The translations under genes and the position numbers were made by a program. The notes beneath the pieces are model-generated. The model had not been told where the DNA came from. It did not search any database and worked only from the letters and a program-made list of their open reading frames with translations. This document shows, piece after piece, positions 1 through 9,335 of a DNA stretch of 56,787 nucleotides. Position 1 is the first letter of the stretch, and every line of letters begins with the position of its first letter. The stretch comes from Ferruginibacter sp. (GTDB lineage Bacteria > Bacteroidota > Bacteroidia > Chitinophagales > Chitinophagaceae). The stretch lies in NCBI GenBank assembly GCA_039926825.1, contig JBDSWG010000145.1, forward strand, positions 1 through 56,787, in the 5' to 3' direction.

Positions 1-758
1 TTCAGGGCACTGGTAAACTGTCCCTTCACTTTCAATGTGCGCTTCATATCTCCTACTTCTATCAATCCACCGGTGATGTCGTTATTCTCTCTCTTGATGG
101 CATTTTCAATATCTGTAAAACTGATCCGGGAAGCCTGCATTTTATATGGATCTACATTCACCTGGATCTCTCTTTCCGGAGCACACACAATTTCGGCACG
201 GGTGATTTCTGATAATTCTTCAAACCTATCCTGCATTTTATCTGCAAATTCTTTCAGCTTAATACCATCATAATCACCACTCACATTTACAAACATAATG
301 GGCATCTCACTAAAGGCAAATTCCTGGGCATTAGGCTGGGATGTAAGGTCATTGGGCAGGTCGGATTGCGCTTTGTCAATGGCATCTTTTACTTTCAGTT
401 TAGCCAGTTCTGTTTTTACATCTGTATCAAATTCTACTATGATGAGGCTATAATCTGTCTGGGAAATAGATTGAATTTTATTCACCTTGGCACCACTGAT
501 TCCCTTTAGTTGTTTTTCTATCGGGCGGGTTACGAGGTTTTCTATATCCTTTGGAGAATTTCCCACATACACAGTGGTAACACTGATGGTGGGCACCACG
601 ATGTCAGGAAATTGTTCCTTAGGCATCGTCGTGAATTTATACAGGCCATAAAACGAAATGAGTATGGATATAATATAAATGGCCGTGCGGTTATCTATTG
701 CCCAGGAAGTGGGTTTAAACTCCTTGAACTTTTCTTTAATGCCTTCTGCAACATTCAT
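1..758 (-). CDS. RND efflux transporter permease subunit (AcrB/AcrD/AcrF family), 3' part beyond the left edge
   Basis: Not in the ORF track because there is no stop in the window. Manual translation from ATG at 758 gives MNVAEGIKEKFKEFKPTSWAIDNRTAIY...PKEQFPDIVVPTISVTTVYVGNSPKDIENLVTRPIEKQLKGISG, a typical AcrB-family N-terminus. It lies downstream of the TolC and MFP genes. Confidence 0.92.
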   Translation of the reverse strand, partial: MNVAEGIKEKFKEFKPTSWAIDNRTAIYIISILISFYGLYKFTTMPKEQFPDIVVPTISVTTVYVGNSPKDIENLVTRPIEKQLKGISGAKVNKIQSISQTDYSLIIVEFDTDVKTELAKLKVKDAIDKAQSDLPNDLTSQPNAQEFAFSEMPIMFVNVSGDYDGIKLKEFADKMQDRFEELSEITRAEIVCAPEREIQVNVDPYKMQASRISFTDIENAIKRENNDITGGLIEVGDMKRTLKVKGQFTSAL

Positions 759-817
759 AATAATTATTTATTAGCCGGGAACTGTAATTGCTGGTATACC
801 TTCCCGTTAGTTTAAGT

Positions 818-2038
818 TTATTGAGCCTGGGTAGTTACTACCTGCCCTTCGTAAATACTCTGGTAACCTTCAGTAATCAACATATCATTTGCCGCAAGGC
901 CGGTCTTTACTTCCACGAGGTTGTCATAAACTTCCCCCAGGTTTATAATTTTTTTCTTTGCTACCATTTTACCATTGGATGTTTTTTCCATTACATACAC
1001 GTATTTGTTTTTCTCATCACTTTGCACGACGTTTATAGGTATTACCATAGCACCTTTCGCACTGTAATCTTCAATCTGCATCACCACTGACTGGTTCGGT
1101 TTTAAAGCAGCGTCAGAATTTATTTTAGCCTCCGCAATAAAACCTCTTTGCGTGGGGTCAATAGACTGGCTGAGAAGGGAAATAGTAGAATTAATTGTTC
1201 GCCCGGCATTGGGTACTGTAATGCGGACTGGTGTGCCCTTTGTAATTCGGCTCACATAATTTTCGGGCACATTAGCTACAACTTTCAGGTTGCTGGTATT
1301 TACAATTTTTATCTGGGGCTGCCCATTGGCACCCATTCCCATAAAGATTTCACCCACGCGGATATTTACAATGTCTGCGACACCACTTACATCACTATAC
1401 ACATTGGAAGTATTTAATTGTTCCTGCGCTACTTTCACCTGCTCGCCGCTGGCCCTTAACTGGTTTTCCAGGCCCTGTACATTGGTACGTGCCGTAAGCA
1501 ATTGTACTTCTGTACCGATCCCCTGCTTCCAGAGATTTTGCTGGCGATCATATAATGACCGGGCCAGTGTGAGCTGGGTGCGTATACCTTCTAATTGCTG
1601 CCGGGAGGCAACTACCTGCTGCCGGATGATGGCATCATCTAACTTTAATAATAACTGTCCTTTTTTTACAAATTGTCCAGGGTGAACATATACAGCTTTC
1701 ACCTGGGCCGGGCCCATGCGTGGCGAAATGTAGGAAGTATTTTGTGCATCTACTTTCCCCTGCAGGTCAATGTAGTGGTGAAAATCCTGCACGGCGACAG
1801 GTTGTACACCCACAAGGCGGGCATTTGTCCCGGCACCGCCGGCGGTGTCCAGTTTGGCAATCTCTGCCTGTAGCTTCTGGATATCAGCATCCAGCCCGGC
1901 CTTATCTTTCTTTAATTGCTCCAGCTTAACCTTTTTTTCTGTAAGCGATGCGGTTGATTCTTTTTTACTGTTACTGCAGGCCCCCATCATACCAATGATA
2001 ACGGTAAGGGATAGTAGCAAAATAATCTTTCTGGTCAT
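818..2038 (-). CDS. RND efflux periplasmic adaptor (membrane fusion) lipoprotein
   Basis: ORF 818..2098, likely start MTRKIILLL at 2038. Lipobox (MGAC), biotinyl-like motif VYVHPGQFVKKGQLLLKLDD, coiled-coil hairpin. Confidence 0.92.
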   Translation of the reverse strand: MTRKIILLLSLTVIIGMMGACSNSKKESTASLTEKKVKLEQLKKDKAGLDADIQKLQAEIAKLDTAGGAGTNARLVGVQPVAVQDFHHYIDLQGKVDAQNTSYISPRMGPAQVKAVYVHPGQFVKKGQLLLKLDDAIIRQQVVASRQQLEGIRTQLTLARSLYDRQQNLWKQGIGTEVQLLTARTNVQGLENQLRASGEQVKVAQEQLNTSNVYSDVSGVADIVNIRVGEIFMGMGANGQPQIKIVNTSNLKVVANVPENYVSRITKGTPVRITVPNAGRTINSTISLLSQSIDPTQRGFIAEAKINSDAALKPNQSVVMQIEDYSAKGAMVIPINVVQSDEKNKYVYVMEKTSNGKMVAKKKIINLGEVYDNLVEVKTGLAANDMLITEGYQSIYEGQVVTTQAQ

Positions 2039-2048
2039 GTTGTAGGTT

Positions 2049-3392
2049 TTATAAAGTGCCAATGGCTTTCTGGTAATCAATTTTGAAAATAACGGCATCT
2101 ATGAGGGCACTGTAATAATTATTTTGCGCCACTTTCAATTCTGCCTGGGCATTATAAATTTCCTGGTTACTGCCCAACCCCTGCTCGTATTTAAGTTTTG
2201 TTGTGTTATACACCTGCTCTGCCAGTTGCATATTCCGGCGTTGATTATCTATAGTAAGGAGGGCACTGGTAATTTTCAACCTTGCCTGCTCCACATCATT
2301 ATCTATGGTAGCCTCCAGCTGGGACATATTGTTTTGCGTTTTCTCCAGTTCCAAACGGGCTTTACTGATGCGTGCCGAGCGGGCGAACCCATCGAAAATG
2401 GGAACATTCAATTTTAGCCCGATGAGGGCGGTAGGAAACCAGGGATACTGGCTGCCGGTTTTCAGAAAAGTGAATTCTTTACGCTGGGCGTTCTGACTGA
2501 AATTTCCAAAAAGGGATAACGTGGGTAAATAACTGAGTTGGTATCGCTTAATATTATACTCCCCTAGTTTTTGAGCCACCTGCAACAGCTGGTACTCTTT
2601 ACGGTTAGTATACTGGTAAGCAGTGTCCAGGAGGTTAAGTTTCAATTCTTCTTCTGTTACGGAATCCATAAGTATAAGCTTGGCCTTCTGCGGCATGTGC
2701 ATGAGGTATTTCAATCCTGCCAGACCCGCATCCAGTTGATTATCTACTTTTATTTTCTCTGTCTTTAAATTATTAAGTTGCACACTCACTTTATCTACAT
2801 CCAGTTTTTCTGCAAACCCATTTTTGTAGATTTCCTTTGTATCAGCAAGCAGTTTATCAAAGCGTGTAATATTGGCATCTATAGACGTCAACTGCTCCCT
2901 TCCTATCACCAGTTGATAGTAGACTTTCATTACATTGGCTTTAATCATTTCACTGGTAACTTCTGTTTGCCTGTTGTAAAACTCCAGTGCAGAGTGGCGT
3001 GCCTGCAAGCCTACAAATACCTGCCCGTCAAAAAGTAATTGGTTTATATCTAAACCTGCAGTGGCAGAATACTTCGTTCCAAATTTAATGGGGATATACG
3101 TGCCGGGAGGGCCGCCCGTAAATTCGGCCGGAATAAGGCTGGTCGGTATTTTCAGGAAATCATTTATGGCCAGGCTGCCATTCACCTGTGGAAAAGCGGA
3201 GGCTGTTATTTCCCGGTTGGTTTGCTCCTGGATCTTATAATCCACGAGGGCATTTTTTATCTGCACGGCGTTTTTAAGTGCATATGCTACAGCCTGCTGT
3301 GCTGAAAATGCATGCCGCTCCTGGGCGGATACCTGTAGGGTAACCAGGCCTGCCACCAAAAGGGTTAATGATTGTGACCAATATTTTTTCAT
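2049..3392 (-). CDS. TolC family outer membrane efflux protein
   Basis: ORF 2049..3401, likely start MKKYW at 3392. Signal peptide and OEP repeats (LPTLSLFG, LKLNVPIFDGF, KYEQGLGS, YQKAIG). Confidence 0.92.
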   Translation of the reverse strand: MKKYWSQSLTLLVAGLVTLQVSAQERHAFSAQQAVAYALKNAVQIKNALVDYKIQEQTNREITASAFPQVNGSLAINDFLKIPTSLIPAEFTGGPPGTYIPIKFGTKYSATAGLDINQLLFDGQVFVGLQARHSALEFYNRQTEVTSEMIKANVMKVYYQLVIGREQLTSIDANITRFDKLLADTKEIYKNGFAEKLDVDKVSVQLNNLKTEKIKVDNQLDAGLAGLKYLMHMPQKAKLILMDSVTEEELKLNLLDTAYQYTNRKEYQLLQVAQKLGEYNIKRYQLSYLPTLSLFGNFSQNAQRKEFTFLKTGSQYPWFPTALIGLKLNVPIFDGFARSARISKARLELEKTQNNMSQLEATIDNDVEQARLKITSALLTIDNQRRNMQLAEQVYNTTKLKYEQGLGSNQEIYNAQAELKVAQNNYYSALIDAVIFKIDYQKAIGTL

Positions 3393-3405
3393 GCTTAACA
3401 TTCTT

Positions 3406-4053
3406 TTATTTTACCGGCAGGCTGGCTGTTAGGTCCTTTGTCCTGCGGTTGAGATATTTCATAATTGTTTTGTGTCCTTTTTCAGTAGCCAGGCCAAACA
3501 CCCAATGGGTAATAACCTGCTCCTCTACTTCCAGGAGGGTACTTCCGGCACGATGCAAAAATTCTGGGTTGAATAACAGCATCATACTTTCTACACGAAA
3601 CCGAGCCATAATATTAATATTCACCGACTCACGGTAAAGCCCCTCAGCCTGTCCCCGCTTCAGGTTCTGCCGCATAACGTTGTAGATAAAATCATTTTTA
3701 TGAGACAGGAAATGATTGAATGCAGCCGGGTGATATTTCTGCATATCAAATAATACAGAAGGATTCATCTTGCGAAACATTTCCACCACCATTTCCATGG
3801 AGAGAAAAATTTCATGAATCGCATTTTCTGCTTTGACTTTATCGGCCCGGCAGATTTCCTGGTTGCGGGAAATGACGTCTTCCACTACTTCCTTCACCAG
3901 TTCATCTTTATCTTTAAAATAGATGTAAATCGTTTTTTTGCTCATGCCCAGGCGGTTAGCAATGTCATCCATACTTACGCTGCGAATACTGTATTGCATA
4001 ACGAGGTCGTGTGCTGCCTGCTTAATCCGATTTTTTATTTCCTGTTCTGACAT
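3406..4053 (-). CDS. TetR/AcrR family transcriptional regulator
   Basis: HTH motif SVSMDDIANRLGMSKKTIYIYFKDKDELV. Likely start MSEQEIK at 4053, because a -7 promoter lies inside the longer ORF. Confidence 0.93.
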   Translation of the reverse strand: MSEQEIKNRIKQAAHDLVMQYSIRSVSMDDIANRLGMSKKTIYIYFKDKDELVKEVVEDVISRNQEICRADKVKAENAIHEIFLSMEMVVEMFRKMNPSVLFDMQKYHPAAFNHFLSHKNDFIYNVMRQNLKRGQAEGLYRESVNINIMARFRVESMMLLFNPEFLHRAGSTLLEVEEQVITHWVFGLATEKGHKTIMKYLNRRTKDLTASLPVK

Positions 4054-4061
4054 TGAGGATG

Positions 4062-4098
4062 CAAAACTAAGGAAACTTTCTGTGTAACCAGAGTTTCC
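4062..4098 (-). promoter_or_regulatory. Bacteroidota -7 promoter (TAGTTTTG) of the tetR-efflux operon with adjacent inverted repeat GGAAACT-N14-AGTTTCC (candidate TetR operator)
   Basis: CAAAACTA at 4062-4069 reads TAGTTTTG on the minus strand. Inverted-repeat arms are at 4071-4077 and 4092-4098. Confidence 0.6.
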
Positions 4099-4180
4099 AT
4101 ACTCTTTTTTTACCATTCATAACAATTATTTAATGTGCCGGGGTCATGCATATATTTTGTGCGCAGCCTGGGGTATCAAT

Positions 4181-4188
4181 TATCTTTG
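4181..4188 (+). promoter_or_regulatory. Bacteroidota -7 promoter element TATCTTTG for the DUF502 gene
   Basis: Exact TAnnTTTG match 13 nt upstream of the ATG. Confidence 0.6.
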
Positions 4189-4201
4189 AGACAAATTCTA
4201 A

Positions 4202-4816
4202 ATGATGGAAAAACCATTTGACTATACCAAAGTGTTACAATATTTCCTTCAGGGCCTGCTCATATTAGCGCCTGTGGCCATTACTGCATATGCCCTGTAC
4301 TTTGTAGTATCCACCATTGATGGGTGGCTGCCTATTTTTACTCATACAGATGAAAATGGTGCTGTACACGTTCAGAATTACGGGCTTGGTTTTGTCATTA
4401 TCATTGTAGCAATCGTCTCTCTTGGTTACTTCAGTTCATTTTTTATAACGGGCCGAATAGTCAGCTTCTTAGACCGCTTTATGCAGAAAGCCCCGGGAGT
4501 AAAACACATTTATTCTACCACCCGGGATTTTTTTGAAGCCTTTGCGGGCGAAAAAAAGAAGTTTACGAAAAATGTGCTGGCCAATGTTGATGATAATGAT
4601 GTGTGGCGCCTCGGCTTTATTACAGCAGAAGATATGGGAGATTTTGGCCTTGAAGGTTTTGTTGCTGTGTATATTCCAATGGCCTATTCTGTAGCCGGGA
4701 ATGTTTACGTGGTGCCAAAAGATAGGGTTAAAGCCATTGAAAAAGTGAATAGCGCCCAAACCATGAAATTTGCTGTAAGTGGGGGCGTCACTCATGTTTC
4801 TGAAGAAGCCCATTGA
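4202..4816 (+). CDS. DUF502 domain membrane protein
   Basis: FLQGLLILAPVAIT N-terminal TM, PGVKHIYS, LGFIT, VAVYIP, MKFAVSGG: the characteristic DUF502 pattern. Confidence 0.85.
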   Translation: MMEKPFDYTKVLQYFLQGLLILAPVAITAYALYFVVSTIDGWLPIFTHTDENGAVHVQNYGLGFVIIIVAIVSLGYFSSFFITGRIVSFLDRFMQKAPGVKHIYSTTRDFFEAFAGEKKKFTKNVLANVDDNDVWRLGFITAEDMGDFGLEGFVAVYIPMAYSVAGNVYVVPKDRVKAIEKVNSAQTMKFAVSGGVTHVSEEAH

Positions 4817-4835
4817 TGCTTACCTTTACCACAAC

Positions 4836-5807
4836 ATGCTCAAAAAATATATTTTCCTTGCCTTGTTTCTCGGCATCAGCCTGAAGAGTTTTTGCTGGGG
4901 GTTTTATGCCCACCAACGAATAAATTATTACGCCGTTTTTATGCTGCCGCCGGAAATGATGGTACTGTATAAACCCAACATTGCCTTTATTACCGAGCAT
5001 GCCATAGACCCGGATAAAAGGCGCTACGCCATAAAAGAAGAAGGGCCGAGGCATTATATAGATATTGATAATTATGGCTCTTATCCGTATGAAGCCTTGC
5101 CCCGCAAGTACGATGAGGCTGTGGCTAAATTCGGGATAGATACGATAATGGAAAATGGCATTGTACCCTGGCATGTACAGGTGATGCTGGGACGGCTAAC
5201 AAACGCTTTCAAACAAAAAAATTTCAGCCAGATATTAAAGAATAGTGCGGAGCTAGGCCATTACATTGCAGATGCACACGTGCCTTTGCATGCTAACAGC
5301 AACCATAACGGACAATTTACGAATCAAAAAGGCATACATGGATTTTGGGAAAGCCGGGTACCGGAACTACTTGCAGAAAAAAAATGGGATTTTTTCCTGG
5401 GTAAAGCAACGTATATAAAAAACCCTTCTGCCTTCATATGGGAAAGGGTGCTGGAAAGTGCCAAAGCCAGTGATAGTGTGCTATTATTTGAAAGGGAACT
5501 CACCAAAGAATTCCCGGATGACCGCAAGTTTTCTTTTGAGCAACGCAATAATGTGGTGATACGCCAGTACTCGTCTGCTTTTACGATTGCCTTTGATAAA
5601 AAACTGGATGGCATGATAGAGCGACGCATGCGCCAATCCATTTCAGCCATCGCATCTTTCTGGTATACCGCCTGGATAAATGCCGGGCAGCCGGACCTTA
5701 AAGATATCTCCAATAAGAAATTTTCTGAAGCAGAAATTAAAGAGTTTGAGCATTTGAATGAACAGTGGAAAGGCGCTTCAAAAATCATTGGCCGGGAGGA
5801 GCAATAG
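4836..5807 (+). CDS. Secreted zinc-dependent phospholipase C / S1-P1 nuclease family protein
   Basis: Signal peptide followed by WGFYAH. Zn-ligand motifs HYIDID, HYIADAHVPLH, HGFWES. Likely start MLKKYIF at 4836 (ORF from 4779). Confidence 0.85.
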   Translation: MLKKYIFLALFLGISLKSFCWGFYAHQRINYYAVFMLPPEMMVLYKPNIAFITEHAIDPDKRRYAIKEEGPRHYIDIDNYGSYPYEALPRKYDEAVAKFGIDTIMENGIVPWHVQVMLGRLTNAFKQKNFSQILKNSAELGHYIADAHVPLHANSNHNGQFTNQKGIHGFWESRVPELLAEKKWDFFLGKATYIKNPSAFIWERVLESAKASDSVLLFERELTKEFPDDRKFSFEQRNNVVIRQYSSAFTIAFDKKLDGMIERRMRQSISAIASFWYTAWINAGQPDLKDISNKKFSEAEIKEFEHLNEQWKGASKIIGREEQ

Positions 5808-5830
5808 TTCTTCCTTTTAAACAACGTAAT

Positions 5831-6904
5831 TTGATACATAATTTCAATGCCGGGCCTTCTATCCTACCCGCAACCGTTTTTAAGGAAGCTGCAGCTTCTA
5901 TATTAAATTTTAATAAAACCGGGTTATCCATCCTGGAATTGGGCCATCGCACACCGGAGTTTACTGCCGTTATGGATGAGGCCCGCAGCCTGGTACGGGA
6001 GCTCATGAGTTTAGATGAAGATCATGAAGTCCTTTTTCTTCACGGTGGCGCCTCCACGCAGTTTATGCAGGTGCCCATGAACGTGTTGGGCAAAAAAGAT
6101 ACAGCCGCATATACGGACACAGGCGTCTGGAGCAGCAAAGCCATTAAGGAAGCCCGGCTCTTTGGCAAAGTAGATATTGCCTGCTCTTCGGCAGAAAGAA
6201 ATTATACCTGCATCCCTGATGATTTTGCGGTACCTAACGATGCGGCCTACCTGCACATTACGACCAACAACACCATTTACGGCACACAATGGAAAAACAT
6301 TCCGCATACCAGTATCCCACTGGTGGCAGATATGAGCAGCGATATATTTAGCCGGCGGCTAAATTTTAATGCTTTTGACCTGATTTATGCCGGTGCCCAG
6401 AAAAATATGGGGCCCGCGGGTGTGAACCTGGTGGTCGTAAATAAAAATTTACTCGGTAAAGTAAAAAGAGATATTCCTACTATACTGGATTATCGCAACC
6501 ACATTAAGGAAGGCAGCATGCTGAATACCCCACCGGTCTTTGCCGTGTACGTATGCATGATCACGCTGCGCTGGCTAAAGCAGGAAGGCGGTGTAGATGA
6601 AATGGAAAAGCGCAATACAAATAAAGCTTCCGTACTTTATTCGGAGATAGACCGCAACAGTCTTTTTACCAGCACAGTAGTAAATAAAGACAGGAGTGAT
6701 ATGAACGTTTGTTTTATTATGAAGGATAAAGAATTTGAAGAAAGTTTTTTAGCGCTTTGCGGCCAGCGGGGAATTGTGGGTATAAAGGGCCATCGCCTGG
6801 TGGGTGGCTTCCGTGCTTCACTTTACAATGCCTTACCACTGGAAAGTGTACGTGTTTTGGTAAGTATTATGAAAGAATTTGAAGACCTGCAATCGGAGGC
6901 TTAG
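5831..6904 (+). CDS. serC: 3-phosphoserine/phosphohydroxythreonine aminotransferase
   Basis: HNFNAGPS, GGASTQF, NNTIYGTQ, DMSSD, YAGAQKNMGPAG (PLP Lys), GHRLVGGFRASLYNA. Likely TTG start at 5831 (ORF from 5765). Confidence 0.96.
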   Translation: MIHNFNAGPSILPATVFKEAAASILNFNKTGLSILELGHRTPEFTAVMDEARSLVRELMSLDEDHEVLFLHGGASTQFMQVPMNVLGKKDTAAYTDTGVWSSKAIKEARLFGKVDIACSSAERNYTCIPDDFAVPNDAAYLHITTNNTIYGTQWKNIPHTSIPLVADMSSDIFSRRLNFNAFDLIYAGAQKNMGPAGVNLVVVNKNLLGKVKRDIPTILDYRNHIKEGSMLNTPPVFAVYVCMITLRWLKQEGGVDEMEKRNTNKASVLYSEIDRNSLFTSTVVNKDRSDMNVCFIMKDKEFEESFLALCGQRGIVGIKGHRLVGGFRASLYNALPLESVRVLVSIMKEFEDLQSEA

Positions 6905-6919
6905 CAAAAAACCTTTTGG

Positions 6920-6927
6920 TATCTTTG
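6920..6927 (+). promoter_or_regulatory. Bacteroidota -7 promoter element TATCTTTG for the DUF1015 gene
   Basis: Exact TAnnTTTG match 19 nt upstream of ATG 6947. Confidence 0.55.
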
Positions 6928-6946
6928 CTGTTTAGCATTTCCATTT

Positions 6947-8179
6947 ATGATTACGATACAACCATTCAAAGCCCTGAGGCCGGAGGCACAGTTAGCGAAG
7001 CAGGTAGCTTCCCGCCCATACGATGTGCTGAACCGCAAAGAAGCCAAAATAGAAGCACAAGGCAACCCCCATTCTTTCCTCAATATCACTAAAAGCGAAA
7101 TAGGCTTACCCGAAAGCGTAGACGTACATGATAAAACGGTTTATGAAAAAGCCAAAGAAAACCTGGATGCTTTCCTGAGCCGGAAAATACTTTTTCGGGA
7201 AGATAAACCCTGCTATTATATTTATCGCCTCATTATGAATGGCCGCAGCCAGGCGGGCCTTGTTTGCGCCAGCAGTATAGATGATTATGAAAACGGATTG
7301 ATTAAAAAACATGAATTTACCCGCCCGGAAAAAGAGCAGGACAGGATAAACCATATTACTATCACAGGTGCACAAACGGGCAATGTTTTCCTGGCGTATA
7401 AAAATATAACGGAGATAGATACTTTGTTTAATAAATGGATGCAGGATAAAAGCCCGCAATATGATTTTGTAGCGGAAGATGATATACAGCACACCATCTG
7501 GGTTATAAGCGATGCAAAAATAATTGATGAAATAACGCGGCTTTTTCATTCCAATGTACCGCACACTTATATTGCAGACGGACATCATCGTGCTGCTTCT
7601 GCAGCTAAAGTACGGCAGGCTGCAAATGGGGCTGCCCGGGCCGGTGCAGATTTTTTTCTCACGACACTTTTTCCCAGTAATCAACTGGAAATTTTGGATT
7701 ACAACCGCGTCATCACTTCTCTTAATGGCCTGGAACCCGAAGCTTTTTTGGAAAAAATAAAAGATAATTTTACTGTAGAAAAATCATCTGAAGCCGTAAA
7801 ACCGGCACAAGCCCACGAGTTTGGTTTATACCTGGGTGGCCAGTGGTATATGTTGAAAGCAAAACCCGGCAGCTTCGGGGAAAATGATGCCCTCGACATC
7901 CTGGATATAAATATTTTTCAGCAAAACATTCTTACACCTATCCTGGGCATTGAAGACCAACGCACAGATAAACGCATTGATTTTGTAGGTGGCATACGGG
8001 GCCTGCAGGAACTGGAAAAAAAAGTGGATAGCGGGGAAATGGCTGCTGCTTTCAGTTTTTATCCTGTAAGTATTCAACAGCTTTTTGATGTGGCAGACAG
8101 CAATAATGTAATGCCGCCTAAGAGTACCTGGTTTGAGCCAAAGCTCCGGGACGGCCTGCTCACGCACCTGATAGATTAA
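6947..8179 (+). CDS. DUF1015 family protein
   Basis: PFKALRP, RPYDV, KKHEFTRPEKEQDR, YIADGHHRAASA, MPPKSTWFEPKLRDGL are diagnostic DUF1015 motifs. Adjacent to serC. Confidence 0.92.
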   Translation: MITIQPFKALRPEAQLAKQVASRPYDVLNRKEAKIEAQGNPHSFLNITKSEIGLPESVDVHDKTVYEKAKENLDAFLSRKILFREDKPCYYIYRLIMNGRSQAGLVCASSIDDYENGLIKKHEFTRPEKEQDRINHITITGAQTGNVFLAYKNITEIDTLFNKWMQDKSPQYDFVAEDDIQHTIWVISDAKIIDEITRLFHSNVPHTYIADGHHRAASAAKVRQAANGAARAGADFFLTTLFPSNQLEILDYNRVITSLNGLEPEAFLEKIKDNFTVEKSSEAVKPAQAHEFGLYLGGQWYMLKAKPGSFGENDALDILDINIFQQNILTPILGIEDQRTDKRIDFVGGIRGLQELEKKVDSGEMAAAFSFYPVSIQQLFDVADSNNVMPPKSTWFEPKLRDGLLTHLID

Positions 8180-8266
8180 ATTAAGTAATAATTATGAGCC
8201 CGGCAATGGCCGAATGAGTATACCATCTGCCATTTTTTTCTATCTTAGACCCTTTCTATTACCTGA

Positions 8267-9280
8267 ATGTATTACATGATGAAAAATATTTGGTTGGCAA
8301 TATGTTTTAGTTGTGCCTGCTGCAGCCTGGCAGCCCAGGATGTGAAAGAATTACAACAGACAGCAAAGACTTTTATGCGTGCGGGAGATTATGCCAATGC
8401 GGTGCTTGTACTGAACCGTGCCCGCCAGGCAGAACCCAATAATATGGAGGTTGCCAAAGACCTTTCTCTTTCTTATTACCTGCAAAAAGATTATTCCCGG
8501 GCTATGGAAACCATCAAGCCCTTCCTGGATGCAGATAATGCAGATGATCAAACTTTCCAGATTGCAGCAAATATTCTCCGCCAGCAGGATGAAGTAAAAG
8601 AAGCCGAAAAATTGTATAAAAAGGCTTTGAAAAAATTACCTAAAAGCGGCCCTTTGTATAATGACCTCGGTGAACTGCAATGGAACCAGAAAAATTATGA
8701 AGCAATAAAACAATGGGAAGATGGGATAAAAGAAGACCCTTCTTATGCAAATAATTATTACAATGCTTCCCGGTATTATTTCTTCAGTGCAGAAAAGGTA
8801 TGGGGATTATTATACGGCGAAATTTATGTAAACATGGACCCACTTAGCAACAAAACGCCGGAGATTAAACAAATGATGCTGGATGGCTACAAAAAACTAT
8901 TCTCTGATGCCAACGTGGAAAACGCCTCAAAAGAGAAAAATAATTTTATAAAGAAATACCTGCAGGCCATGAATAAACAAACCAGTGTGGCCACAACGGG
9001 TATAAACGCAGGCTCATTATCTATGATACGTACCCGCTTTATACTGGATTGGTTTAATACGACAGATAATAAAAAACTTCCCTTCCGCCTTTTTGATTAC
9101 CAGCAGCAATTGCTGAGAGAAGGATTATTTGAAGCCTATAACCAATGGCTTTTTGGTTCTGCCCAAAACCTGGCGGCTTACCAATCCTGGACAGGCATGC
9201 ACCAGGCAGAAAATGCTGACTTCATTAAATTCCAATCCGGCCGCGTATTCCGGATCCCGGAAGGCGAGTATTATAAGTAA
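8267..9280 (+). CDS. Secreted tetratricopeptide repeat protein
   Basis: Signal peptide and several TPR-like repeats (GDYANAVLVLNRA, AEKLYKKALKKLP, YNDLGEL). The start may be one of the Met codons at 8276/8279. Confidence 0.8.
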   Translation: MYYMMKNIWLAICFSCACCSLAAQDVKELQQTAKTFMRAGDYANAVLVLNRARQAEPNNMEVAKDLSLSYYLQKDYSRAMETIKPFLDADNADDQTFQIAANILRQQDEVKEAEKLYKKALKKLPKSGPLYNDLGELQWNQKNYEAIKQWEDGIKEDPSYANNYYNASRYYFFSAEKVWGLLYGEIYVNMDPLSNKTPEIKQMMLDGYKKLFSDANVENASKEKNNFIKKYLQAMNKQTSVATTGINAGSLSMIRTRFILDWFNTTDNKKLPFRLFDYQQQLLREGLFEAYNQWLFGSAQNLAAYQSWTGMHQAENADFIKFQSGRVFRIPEGEYYK

Positions 9281-9315
9281 TATTCAGTGTTATAACACTG
9301 AATGAATAATTTCCT

Positions 9316-9323
9316 TACATTTG
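9316..9323 (+). promoter_or_regulatory. Bacteroidota -7 promoter element TACATTTG for the yceI-like gene
   Basis: Exact TAnnTTTG match 12 nt upstream of ATG 9336. Confidence 0.6.
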
Positions 9324-9335
9324 CAAAAAAAATTT

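Noticed and set aside
8206-8239. Possible terminator after DUF1015 (ATGGC...GCCAT-T6)
   Set aside because: The stem is short and interrupted, too weak to list as a feature.
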